Positions 50,201 to 59,415 of a DNA stretch of 64,000 nucleotides are shown piece by piece. Position numbers and translations under genes: made by a program. The notes under the pieces were generated by a model. It made no database searches. It was not told the origin of the DNA and saw only the letters and a program-made list of their open reading frames with translations. The number at the start of each line of letters is the position of its first letter. Position 1 is the first letter of the stretch. The DNA is from Acanthaster planci (Eukaryota), in NCBI RefSeq assembly GCF_001949145.1, contig NW_019091361.1:3497854-3561853 (forward strand). Direction: 5' to 3'.

Positions 50201-52940
50201 GTAATTAAGATTACTGGGAAAATTATCCTAAAATGCAAAATAAAAACATGGCAGCTTAGTTAAACAATGTGAAAAAAAGTTTGTACCGCTGTAATATGGT
50301 GCACAAAATGTTGCATAAAGAGGTAAATTGGCTGTGAAACAAAGACTACATGGATGTGGATGTCTGTATTGGCTTTCAGTATCCAAGACTACATGGATGT
50401 GGACGTCTGTATTGGCTTTCAGTATCCAAATCCATGTTGCAAATTTAATCTCTCCATGACCTCTTGACTCAGATGGGACACCTCAAGTGAATTGGATGTC
50501 TTTCTCCTGTCAAAACTGACTGGACAATGGTACACAAAGCACAATAATATGATACTGTGCACAATATAGCAGGTTTGATGACTTGTGCCCGTGGCGTTGT
50601 CGTAGGTTTAAGCACATTCCATGCACAATATGTGAAGGAATGATCTTGAGTTACTTGAAGTGCCCTGGCCAGGTCAAGAAGTCATGCGCTGATTTAACTT
50701 GCAAAATGAATCCGAATGGTTGAAAGCGAAAGACGTCCAAATGCAAATGTCTTGCCTTTCTTTGACAGAACGCAATCGACTTGAGCCGATTTGCCACTAA
50801 ACATTCAACTATTTTTTCTGAATTGTTTACAACTGTGTCGACTTTCCTCTGTAAGGTTTGACTAATGCGCCATGTTTCCGCATACTTCTCCAAGTGACCG
50901 GCTTGGTGGGTCAGTCATTTGGGCCAGGCCGGAGTAGGTGTGAGATGTCACGAGTGTCAAATGGAAGGCAGTCATATGTTATACAAGTAAGCAAAGGGGA
51001 AGTAATAAATTACACTGAAATGACAAACCCTTGGAGTTATTTTTTTAGTTGGTATCATTTTGGGAGGCATGCACACAGCCCATTCTCTGCTCATGCTATC
51101 AAAATAATATTGGTTTAAGCAGAAACTTAAATTTTATCTTAGGCAATAGATTTCATGCGTCCTAGTCTCCAGGGTCCTAGTAGTTTGATGTGTGATCAGG
51201 TGTATGTAACCCCCTTCCGTAACCCTTTCATTCATCATTATACTTATTTGATGCTCATTTTGTATGTTCAATGTATGTTCTATTTTCCGTCTGTGTTTGT
51301 TGTTTCTTTTATATTGTTTTTTTGGTAATGGCATACCTCACACAAGGTTTGCTTTGAGGTCTTGCCACCTCTTATCCATTGTTAGTACTTATATTTTGCC
51401 ATGTGGAGGAAATAAATGCAATTCAATTGAATTGAACTGAATTGGTTGGGAATACTGTATAATGTTATTCCCTTGTTACTTTGCACAAATCTGGCATGTG
51501 TTGTATCTGCTGCCCTCTACCTCCAACCTTAGATTACATATGATGCACTCATACAGTGTTTGCTGCCCTCGCTTGACAATCTATGTAATTTAATTAGCAT
51601 GCAGGCCTCCTATTGGTCAAAAGTTTAACACGCTGCAAACAATACAGTGTGCCTTCTGCTCTCTGCTGGAAATGGTTGATTTGTTTCTATGAAGAGAAGG
51701 TCTATCCACGAGATGTCAGCCAGCAATTAGTTAAGTGCCTTGTCCCATGCTCTCCCATGTGTGAACAGGATATCAACAAATTCATTCCCCAGACCTACCC
51801 AGATACTGGAAAACTATACTAATGTTCTGCCAACAGAGCTATGCATCTTATTTTGCCGTCTGAATGGACCTCTGTGCTGATGACACCACACTGTGTTTAC
51901 CCGTTTGCTCTCCGCTGGTGCTCAGTGGACCTTGGGCCCCCACTGACTTCAGATGAAAACAGTGATATTTTCCTGGCCATCCCAAATGGACCCCTTCAAT
52001 GGCAGAAAATGTTGTGTTGGGTTTGTACGGAGCAACTGCCAGAGCAGTGGCTCGATACAACACTCACCACAGTACACTCTGCCATTGGTGGGGGCCACTG
52101 CAAATGACCAGTGACAGCATTTACTGCATTACCATGGTCAGCGTAAATTTATCTTGATGCGTAATTTACAGTCATAATCAGCAACCCTGGTTGTTATCGA
52201 TAATGTACATGGTTAAAAGTGCGTCATTTCCTTTTCCTAAAACACTGAATGAGCCCACAGAGCTACATAAAACAATATTGTCATACCTCTGTCTTGGATA
52301 CTGTCCATTTATTGGCCCAGAACAATCACATGACAGGGTGATATATCCGCATATCACACTCACCATGAGATATCTCTTTCTGCCTATAATGTGTGCAAGC
52401 ACTTGCGCGAGACAGAAGAGCTTCGGGATAATCCATAGCAAACAATACAACACAACAATACAACGTTTGAACACCCTCGGGCACGCATAGTGCCCTCGGC
52501 TTTGCCTCGGGGCACTATGCGTCCCTTGGGTGTTCAAAACGCCATATTCCACACTGCAGTGGTCAACAATTGTTAAATGTCCCTGTCCTTGCTAATCACT
52601 GTTTTTCTACATCTATGTACCATTCATGATTTTCTTTGACCTTTCTTTGTACACATGGGGGAGGGGAACAAGCCACTTTTTCATATACTCACAAATACAA
52701 TGATGGGTTCAGTAAGAGGCCCTTCGATATCAGCGTGTTCTCGGCCACTCTGCAAGCTGGTGTACTGCAAGACATTGTCTCCTATCCTGTATTCCCCAGA
52801 ACCAACCGGAGGTGGTTTCTGGTTGAGGCTGGTCCTACTCCATAGCCCTCTCAGGCCGAGATAGTTGGAACCTTTGCTGGTCAGTCTGATAGATGTGCTG
52901 CCTTCAGGAATGGTGAACAGTTCCTTGATACCGGTAGCAT
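29111..52940 (-). CDS. ADAMTSL1/3: ADAMTS-like protein (ADAMTSL1/ADAMTSL3, Punctin/MADD-4 group), 5'-partial multi-exon gene: spacer-8xTSR-Ig-3xTSR-PLAC
   Basis: 17 GT-AG exons join in one continuous frame with matching phases: 52940-52693, 50009-49892, 44076-43950, 43234-43033, 42483-42336, 39235-39163, 38824-38517, 37531-37402, 36960-36744, 35767-35582, 35147-34994, 34480-34172, 33399-33357, 32958-32745, 32092-31913, 30698-30545, 29211-29111. They contain WxxWxxCSxTCGxG TSR motifs, an Ig domain with the ADAMTSL1/3-type leader (HQVGFRSKLRLTVG...VKCP) and a terminal PLAC. No signal peptide, first TSR or Cys-rich exon was found in the window. Confidence 0.93.
30183..30317. mobile_element. Shorter copy of the MITE family seen at 8774
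   Basis: GGCAGGTTCAT...GTGAACCGGCCTT ends and the same internal core. Confidence 0.55.
30545..30698 (-). CDS. ADAMTSL1/3: ADAMTSL exon: last TSR
   Basis: caccag|...|gtaata; CSATCGSQGIQTRTLQC...CHNLPECPK; phase 0 to 1. Confidence 0.92.
30837..30929. other. Assembly gap (93 N)
   Basis: Run of N inside an ADAMTSL intron; the flanking exons remain phase-compatible. Confidence 0.99.
30961..31105 (+). mobile_element. tRNA-Thr(AGT)-derived SINE-like fragment
   Basis: A-box-like TCGAGTGGTTAAG, anticodon-arm-like CTGCACTAGTAAGCAG and B-box GGGTTCGAGTCC. No intact acceptor stem. Followed by a T-run and a non-tRNA tail whose 3' boundary is approximate. Confidence 0.6.
31913..32092 (-). CDS. ADAMTSL1/3: ADAMTSL exon: atypical penultimate TSR
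   Basis: tattag|...|gtgagt; CSAQCTEAFVGSQFREVYC...CQHIQCSPVWRTSEWSS; phase 0 to 0. Confidence 0.92.
32745..32958 (-). CDS. ADAMTSL1/3: ADAMTSL exon: TSR
   Basis: ctctag|...|gtacgt; WIISNWTACSASCGGGSQTRSVVC...CNTHSCEPHWATGSWQK; phase 2 to 0. Confidence 0.93.
33357..33399 (-). CDS. ADAMTSL1/3: ADAMTSL 43-nt linker exon
   Basis: gaacag|...|gtaagc; LEELRTGPSLFGP; supplies the phase 1 to 2 switch needed between the Ig exon and the next TSR exon. Confidence 0.78.
34172..34480 (-). CDS. ADAMTSL1/3: ADAMTSL exon: Ig-like (I-set/C2) domain
   Basis: ctccag|...|gtacgg; VTVKCP...LRWQR...GTLRIRRVKEADQGVYSCIAG, with the canonical Ig C-W-DxGxYxC pattern; phase 1 to 1. Confidence 0.94.
34994..35147 (-). 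CDS. ADAMTSL1/3: ADAMTSL exon: TSR
   Basis: ttcaag|...|gtagga; CSVTCGVGIKVRPITCIRRDPDG...FCQLSPCT; phase 0 to 1. Confidence 0.92.
35582..35767 (-). CDS. ADAMTSL1/3: ADAMTSL exon: TSR
   Basis: aatcag|...|gtctgt; CSKSCNGGIRSRRVTCKKRLKTG...CNMGPCEPVHEWRPQEWSE; phase 0 to 0. Confidence 0.92.
36431..36662. repeat. Minisatellite, 8 x 29 bp, intronic
   Basis: Unit CAAGTA(T/C)G(T/C)CTGCATGGGGACCGGGCACA, near-perfect copies. Confidence 0.97.
36744..36960 (-). CDS. ADAMTSL1/3: ADAMTSL exon: TSR
   Basis: caatag|...|gtgagg; WEVPLYKECSVSCGGGSQYPLEVLC...CGQVDCPAYWQTGTWSE; phase 2 to 0. Confidence 0.92.
37402..37531 (-). CDS. ADAMTSL1/3: ADAMTSL exon: second half of TSR
   Basis: ggacag|...|gtaagt; VQESLIQCMHIDGETPVSDTLCDITSRPDIFTRVCNDQPCPP; phase 1 to 2. 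Confidence 0.92.
38517..38824 (-). CDS. ADAMTSL1/3: ADAMTSL exon: TSR and start of next TSR
   Basis: cctcag|...|gtaagt; YHATDWGPCSVTCGRGTTTRSVRCKVYL...FVWRYVGFSECSASCIG; phase 2 to 1. Confidence 0.94.
39163..39235 (-). CDS. ADAMTSL1/3: ADAMTSL exon: linker
   Basis: tgtctag|...|gtgaga; TSSPQMVIHLENPNQPFERSSVP; bridges phase 1 to phase 2 as required. An in-frame upstream acceptor near 39272 is also possible. Confidence 0.75.
39394..41813. mobile_element. Non-autonomous hAT-like DNA transposon, about 2.4 kb, in an ADAMTSL intron
   Basis: Ends TAGGCCTGTGC...GCACACCCCTA (imperfect TAGG-type TIR) are flanked by an 8-bp near-identical duplication, AGGCAAAG / TGGCAAAG. Subterminal GG(G)TACC-type motifs occur at both ends. 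No intact transposase ORF. Confidence 0.65.
42336..42483 (-). CDS. ADAMTSL1/3: ADAMTSL exon: TSR
   Basis: tttgtag|...|gtaaaa; CSVTCGQGSKQRKVSCLNSQHESSSGCDPRKQPSLTKACVVGVPCVRGP; phase 0 to 1. Confidence 0.92.
43033..43234 (-). CDS. ADAMTSL1/3: ADAMTSL exon: TSR
   Basis: tttaaag|...|gtaggt; [24 protein letters not shown]...CNLEPCPHWMTGNWSQ; phase 2 to 0. Confidence 0.93.
43950..44076 (-). CDS. ADAMTSL1/3: ADAMTSL exon: second half of TSR
   Basis: tatccag|...|gtaaat; EQQRVYVCINLSSGLREPDSSCELARPQVERRPCNRQLCPP; phase 1 to 2. Confidence 0.9.
46395..46539 (-). CDS. Candidate alternative first coding exon (signal peptide) of a short ADAMTSL isoform
   Basis: aaaacaatcATG start; MRGLGSRCLHFGSFIGLVWLVMSSFMVNPCSSLNEHRLSLPHWMRVPF; consensus a|GTAAGT donor in phase 1, compatible with the next exon at 44076. 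Confidence 0.5.
46770..46970 (-). promoter_or_regulatory. Putative internal promoter upstream of the candidate alternative first exon
   Basis: AGCCAATCAG (NF-Y-type CCAAT box) near 46958, a second CCAAT near 46886, and a TATA-like CATAAAG on the minus strand near 46780-46786. Motif evidence only. Confidence 0.3.
49892..50009 (-). CDS. ADAMTSL1/3: ADAMTSL exon: end of spacer and start of TSR
   Basis: ttggcag|...|gtaaga; VLFSQPLAEPETVHYRYLAPIKYGWRSNRWSDCSVTCGS; phase 0 to 1. Confidence 0.92.
50342..50429. repeat. Tandem duplication, 2 x 43 bp
   Basis: AAGACTACATGGATGTGGA(T/C)GTCTGTATTGGCTTTCAGTATCC twice. Confidence 0.92.
51240..51445 (+). mobile_element. Probable 3' end of a non-LTR retrotransposon (CR1/L2-like)
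   Basis: T-rich segment ending in AATAAA followed by an (AATTG)n-like microsatellite tail. Confidence 0.4.
52130..52580. mobile_element. Repeat element with a long subterminal GC-rich hairpin (possibly Helitron/Helentron-like, non-autonomous)
   Basis: Hairpin at 52466-52538: TTTGAACACCCTCGGGCACGCATAGTGCC ... GGCACTATGCGTCCCTTGGGTGTTCAAA. The left boundary is a guess. Confidence 0.45.
52693..52940 (-). CDS. ADAMTSL1/3: ADAMTSL exon: ADAMTS spacer module
   Basis: ttcttag|...|gtgagt; ATGIKELFTIPEGSTSIRLTSKGSNYLGL...IEGPLTEPIIVF; phase 1 to 0. Confidence 0.9.
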
Positions 52941-53063
52941 CTAAGAAAGGGAGAAAAATATGAATGTATCATCTATGAAAGGGAAAAAATATGAATGTAT
53001 CATATAAGAAAGGGAAAAAATATGAATGTACCATCTAAGAAAGGGAGAAAAATATGAATACAT
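52938..53063. repeat. Tandem repeat, 4 x 31-32 bp, overlapping a splice acceptor
   Basis: Unit CATCTAAGAAAGGGAGAAAAATATGAATGTAT. Confidence 0.93.
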
Positions 53064-56000
53064 ATGAACACTATTCAATTTTGAATTTCAGCACTTCCTG
53101 AAAGCTGTGACTGAAAGTACTGCAGTGATAATCAGAAAAACAACGTCCAAGCCACTGACTTCACAACCTGACACCTTTTTCCCAAAAAGTCTATTTTTTT
53201 TATTATTTGAATCTTTGAAATAAGCCCAACAAACCTTTATCATAAACTTCTCTAAATCAGCTGCTTTTTTGTACTGTGTGGTTGTGTGCATTGTGTGACA
53301 GTTTGAAAATACGGTCATGAAGATATCTTTGACAGTGTTTTCATTTTGATTCGGTTTAATATTGGGTCCCAAATAACGGACAATCGCTGCCTTTCAACCA
53401 AATTTCTTCTGAAAACTCCATGTCTTTCTTTACTTATATGTGAATGGATTTGATCTCACATGTTCCTGTGTGCTCAGTGTAAAAACAAGACTGCAGTTGA
53501 CAAATGACACGGTTTGATTGAGGACACAGGTAAGTGAGCTGGCCAGCACAAGGTGGGCATAGGCCGAGGTCTTCCTCGCTGTAGAGATGAACACAGCTGT
53601 ATGGAGCTTATTATATGGATCCAGGAAGTAACAATAAGATGATGCCATGCATCCCCAGGGGTTGGTCATTAAGAGAGAGATTAGGGGCTCCACTCACCCT
53701 GGGGGCAACACTTTAAGGAGCAATTACATGTACCATAAGAAGGGACATTTCCTCCTTTCTAACCCATGCATGTTACTAAATAGACTTGATGTAGCCATGG
53801 TGTAACAGGCACTGGAGACGCACCATGTGAACATTCTTGAAATTGATGCAACTGACAACATTAATGCTAAGGATGCACACATAGTTTTTAAAAAATGGCA
53901 TATGTGACGGGCGGGGGGTTGTAGCAAAATCATTCATCATTTAAAACTTTTCAACTTTCTAAAGCATGGACCCTATATACATGTACTGTACTTTCAAATG
54001 CAGAACAAAAAGATTGAAAACCAGCATTTGTTAGCCATCCAATATCTCTCAAAAGCTGATCATCTAAAGTGTGGAAAGTTGCCCAGGCATTTTGTCAGAA
54101 GCAGACTGTGATCTGCATTATTACTGTGCCATATTTATGACACTTTTTTGATAATGTCATTTCTGAATATAAAAACTTAAAAAATTTCCTCAAAAGAACT
54201 TCTAGAATTTAAATCCTTCATATTATCAATGTACACATTTTGTACATTAAACCCATTTTCATTCAACCCCAACAACTTGCCATAGTTAACCCAATCCTTG
54301 TTGAATGGGACAAAAGTCAGATATTTGTTATACATGTACAAGATTTAGGCAACAAATGAAACAAAATGCACGGGTAAAAACATACAACTGTTATTTTTTT
54401 CTTGAAATATTTCGGGCATGTCATAACAGGGCAAAAAACCCCATCATGTCAGACCAGTTAGCAGTATCCCGGCTGTCCCCAACAAGAAGGGCCTTTTCTA
54501 CTCCATCCAGGGTAGTAAAGGTCTTTTCTACTACCCTGGATCAGTCCGGCACAGTGCCTGCCATCCACTGATGTTCACCAGTGATCAATTCATTAATCAT
54601 CACACACACCCTTCACTACACAGTGAAAGAGGTCACCACCTGGGGAAGCCCAAGGGATGCTGTGAAGGCCTGGGGGAGGGGAGAGTCCCTTCCTGTTGAG
54701 TTCAGTGGTAATATCCACAGTTGGAATTAAATCCTCAGTTAGGAAGGGTCAGCCAAGCATGGCCTGTGTGTCATGCACCTTATCCCAGTGCACACACAGT
54801 ATTTGATACAAACTGAAAAACAGCCGTTACTGGTGAGAAATTAAAATTTGAAAGTCCTCCAACGCTCTGAAAGTCTATACATCTTCAAAGATACATCCTC
54901 AGAATACGTATTCCTCATTTGTACTTCGCAGTTACTTCTCCTGACCACCAACTAAATGATTATTTTCTCCAGACACTGCACAAGCACCCTTGTCCTCTGC
55001 GGAAGTCAAATAATTCATGCTGGTCCTTTTAATTGAATCCTGCTTGTTTACATTGCAACAGTGTAACATCTCTGAAGTTCAAGCAACATTATCAAAATGC
55101 CACAGAATTAATTGACGCTCTAAACTTGGAAACATTTATGTGACAAATAACTGCCACTTACTCCCCTCTATTATAAGCACCGTCACTGCTCAGGGCAAAG
55201 CTCAACATGAAGATGCAATTAACAGAAACCTTAAGAACTCCTACATGTGTTGGCCCGTCACTCTGATGAACTCATTGAGGGGGTTTTCAAGTTGACCAGT
55301 GACACCAGGAGGAGATTAACTGGAAGGCATCTTTTTGTGGGGCTTCCTTAAGATCCCTAATGATGAAGTATGCATACCGAGCAAGGAATCCTCAGGTCTC
55401 TGGTGATACATTGATGGTTTAAGCTTTCATTGAAAAGGGTCACTGTTGCATGTCCACAACCAGACACAATTTGGCAAAATAAAATAGTTGTCCCATTTAG
55501 AATAAGTTCCAGCATTGTGGTTTATAGACAACAGTCAATTTGGAAATACTTGTGTGTACTTAAAGTTCAGTGCTATTTAATCGACTCTTTTTTTACGTTT
55601 TCATCCATGTGCTATTTTACATCTTTAGCATCCCCAATTTCCTTCCAATATCTGCAACCCAGTGCACCCTACCACTCTGCACCCTCTGTCTATCTTCCAA
55701 CACTGCCAGTGGCAGTATAACACTGGCAACTGATTGCCTCTCTGTCAGCCCTGTTACTATAGCTTTGGGCATGGGCATATCAAAGGAAATAGATAATTTT
55801 GATGCATACGGTTTTTGCCAATAGGGGGCCAGCTACTTGTCATAGGGGGGCCAATCCCTCCAGCACCTCCTCTCTCCCTTAGAGACGGGCCTGATAGCTG
55901 TACAAGTCTGGCATCTTTCCCTGATGAGCTGTAACAGATAATTTGATGGCAGAAAAATGACGCCACTCTAAACTGGTAACTCATAAAATTAACATCATAA

Positions 56001-57884
56001 CAAGCAACCTACCCTTCCAAAAACTCCTGCAGATTGGAATATACTTTAACTATAGACAGTAAGAGCTAAGAAAGAACTAAAGATAATCAAAGGGGATAAA
56101 CTGCAACCGACAAACATATAAACTACCTCACAATGCCATTGTTCATGAATAAGGCCTCTGAGCTTTGAACAAAAATCACCTAACAGGGCAAAAAGTTTCT
56201 CTGTTACACCGACGAACTGCAAAAAAATGCTTAAATTACTAAGAGCCCAAGACTATTGACGGGGCATCCCCTAAATATTAGAAGCATATTGACATGTTGC
56301 CAAGACAAAAAGGAGTCAGGGATTCACAGAAAGCATTTCAGATGACAAATGAAACGGGAAACATCTACAGTTGTGTTCCTTGGCAACATTGACGCAAACA
56401 CTCAGCAAACCTTCAAAGCTCCCCAGACAACAAGCACTCCAGGCTACACTGCTAAGTCTTCAGAAGGCCACCAGTCAGTGGAGCACCATGGTGATGACTG
56501 GGCCTTTGGTGGGATGCCAGGGAGAGGAGACCCCGGCCCCCAACACTTAAGAACTACTTGAAAACATGATCCCTGAAATCATGGACTAGTAACCTTTGAC
56601 TAGCCACAATTTTGTGACAGTGCCTCTAGACCTAAAAAAAGTCAAGACACAACCAAGTGAAGACCGTCCAGCAACTTATTCAGTCTTGACTGAATATTGA
56701 AACTGAGAGAACCTGTGGTTTACCGGTGGAGTTGCAACTCAACCGAGTAATTGCAAAATGAAAATAATAACAAGGCAAAACAATAACAAGTTTTCAGAAA
56801 TGAAATAAATACTGGACCTCAAATCAAAGACACAATAAACAAAAAATGCGTACATGTATTCAATGCTGCCAAAAAAACAAAGCAGGATCACACAATAATT
56901 TAAGCAATACATCTATTACAAATTGATATAATGGAAATCATTACAAAAATGGTAACATCTAGGTCTGGGGTGAAGCACTTTTTTCACAGCCTACAGACAA
57001 GCAGGGTATTCAGTGAAATTAGATAGCCTGAAAGTTTTAGCTTAGGGAGGGCATGTTCTTGTTGGGGAAATTATTCAAATACCAACAAAATTCTCTATTT
57101 CTGGATTTGATCCTAGATACAACTTACACAGGAGAAATAGTTGGAATCAAGATGACAAGTGAAAGTGCCTGTGATTTTTTCTCCAAACAGACAGGGAAAC
57201 TTCTATTGAGAATCTGTAAGTAGGCCTATGTAACAAATGAAATTGACAGATCTAAAGAAAACTTAAGGTAAAAAATAACACAACTTCAAAGGATGAGTTA
57301 GAGAACAGACAGCTAAAGCCTTGTCAATACAATGTAATGTTTAGAAACATACTTCCAGAAATATGATGTTTGGTAATACAAGCATGCATGACGAGAACAA
57401 AAGTGAAAGCCAGATTTGTAAATTTAGAAAAGAACCACATCATTGTATACATTCAGTTAAAAAAATAAACCGCACACACAAGTGGGAACAAAGTAACTTT
57501 CCTTTCACGGAAACAGCAGCCACACAAAGCCATGAATCCTTGACATTTTGAAACTGAGAAAAGTAAGCTTGAGAACAAGAACGCACTTATACTTTTTTTC
57601 TCTCCCCTTCAAAACAAACTTCTCAAACCGCAGTTGGTTTTGCTAAAGCTCAGAATCTTTCAGGTTTCTGTCACGCCTATTTTTTGTTTTTCTTTCGGGT
57701 TGCTTGGACTGCGAATGAAAGTGGATGATTTTTAATCTCCCACAGCAGAAATTAAAAGCAAAGGTATACAGCACAAGAAACTACTTGCAGCTAGCATGCC
57801 TAAGGCTACACGCACCTCAATGGAGTGAAGTCTGATTTGATACCAGATGCCCGTAGGCGTTGGGAGTGCACACAAAGGGGGAAG

Positions 57885-59087
57885 ATGGAGGGCTCTGAAG
57901 AAGACAGGTTTTTCTCTGAGGGTCGGTTGTTTGACAACGTTGACTGCGAAAAGCATGCCACTGTCCGTGATGTACTTCTGGCCGGAAAAGTCATCCCATC
58001 CATTGGTCTTGTCCTGAATATTGTCTTCCTTTTTGTCACAGTCCGTGTGAAGTCCATGCACACTATCGTCAATGTCTACTTATCTAACCTGGCAGTGGCT
58101 GACGCTCTTTACCTTCTTCAAATGTCGATTCTACTCTCCATATCCCCAAGATCAGTTGCCGAAAATGCCATTCAAATAGTGGGTTCATTGATGGATGGAA
58201 TAGCACGATATGCTTCCCACAGCTTTGTTACAGCTTTAGCGATAGAAAGATTCTTGGGTGTACACCATCCTATCACATTCAGAGCAACAGCCAGCAAAAC
58301 AAGAGCAGCCAAGATATGTGGAGGACTTTGGTTTCTGTCAGTCATTTTGGGAGTGATTACATCACTTCTTGCAAATGCGGAATATCTCTCAAGTGACATT
58401 ACAACTAATACTACTTGCTTCTTAATATACAACATATTACTGGTGATTTTCTTCTCATCAACTTTTGTCATCACTGCATCTGTGTATATCTACATCATAA
58501 TTAAGCTGCACTATCAAACGCAAGCTTCACGGCAACGCCCTCAGCCAATTGGACAGGTTATCCGTATGCTGCTCATAAACACTGCCGTCTTCTTTCTTTT
58601 GAATTCAATACACATTGCCACTGCAATCATATCCATCCAAGACCGTTTTCTCACACACATTGAACTCCTTCATTTAAAGGTAGGTGCAGCTGCAGTTGTC
58701 TTGGACCTGATCAACTGTTCCATTGATCCCCTAGTCTACAGCGCCACCAACTCCACTTATCGAACTGCTGTCATTGAAGCATTTTCTTTCATGAACCCGG
58801 CTCGCTACTGCAACTGCCAAAGATATGAGAGACCAAAAACAGTGTCTGGGCGGAGGGAATTACATAAAGCAAGGCGTCAGGATGCAGCCACTACCAGAGA
58901 ACGTGAACAAATGGAACTGTCTGGAACTGGGCCACGGCAGGCTGCTCAAGAACCAGCACAGATCCAGTTAGAATTGTCTACCATGGGGCTGAGGGAACCA
59001 GTTCAAGAACCAGAACAGGTGCCCAGAGATCTGTGCCCAAGTGGGCCAATGGAAGCTGATCAGGAACCAGGACAGGATCCAGTGTAG
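57885..59087 (+). CDS. Intronless rhodopsin-class (class A) orphan GPCR, 400 aa
   Basis: First ATG is at 57885 in an AAGATGG context (the ORF track starts at an upstream GTG). Seven hydrophobic segments carry GLVLN (TM1), NLAVAD (TM2), IERF..V.HP (TM3), W in TM4, Y at the end of TM5 and DPLVY (TM7), followed by helix 8 (YRTAVIEAF). Confidence 0.93.
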   Translation: MEGSEEDRFFSEGRLFDNVDCEKHATVRDVLLAGKVIPSIGLVLNIVFLFVTVRVKSMHTIVNVYLSNLAVADALYLLQMSILLSISPRSVAENAIQIVGSLMDGIARYASHSFVTALAIERFLGVHHPITFRATASKTRAAKICGGLWFLSVILGVITSLLANAEYLSSDITTNTTCFLIYNILLVIFFSSTFVITASVYIYIIIKLHYQTQASRQRPQPIGQVIRMLLINTAVFFLLNSIHIATAIISIQDRFLTHIELLHLKVGAAAVVLDLINCSIDPLVYSATNSTYRTAVIEAFSFMNPARYCNCQRYERPKTVSGRRELHKARRQDAATTREREQMELSGTGPRQAAQEPAQIQLELSTMGLREPVQEPEQVPRDLCPSGPMEADQEPGQDPV

Positions 59088-59415
59088 AGGCGAATATAAC
59101 TGTTTGCAATTGGCCTGAGGGAACCCGCTCAAGAACCAGTAAAGATGTAGGGAGATCTGTGTTCAATTTGGCCAATGGAAGCTGATCAGGAACCAGGACA
59201 GGATCCAGTGTAGAGGCGAATATAACTGTTTGCAATTGGCCTGAGGGAACCAGCTAACTGTTTGCAATTGGCCTGAGGGAACCAGCTCAAGAACCAGTAC
59301 AGATGCAGGGAGATCTGTGTTCAATTGGGCCAATGGAAGCTGATCAAGAACCAGGACAGGATCCAGTGCAGGGGCAGATAGAACTGTTTGCAAATGGGCC
59401 AAAGGAACAAGCTGA
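58914..59415 (+). repeat. Higher-order tandem repeat (57-bp and 69-bp subunits, 126-bp unit) spanning the GPCR C-tail and stop codon
   Basis: Recurring GATCTGTG..CAATGGAAGCTGATCA(A/G)GAACCAGGACAGGATCCAGTG (3 copies) alternating with (G/T)AACTGTTTGCAATTGGCCTGAGGGAACC-type units. Confidence 0.92.

Noticed and set aside
54505..54540. 12-bp perfect hairpin TCCAGGGTAGTA/TACTACCCTGGA
   Set aside because: Short and isolated, next to a local duplication; likely a template-switch scar with no functional evidence.
57825..57884. N-terminal extension of the GPCR given in the ORF track
   Set aside because: It relies on a GTG start. The first ATG with good context is at 57885.
59085..59225. Programmed stop-codon readthrough of the GPCR
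   Set aside because: Five in-frame stops plus a frameshift precede the distal open segment, so decay is the simpler explanation.
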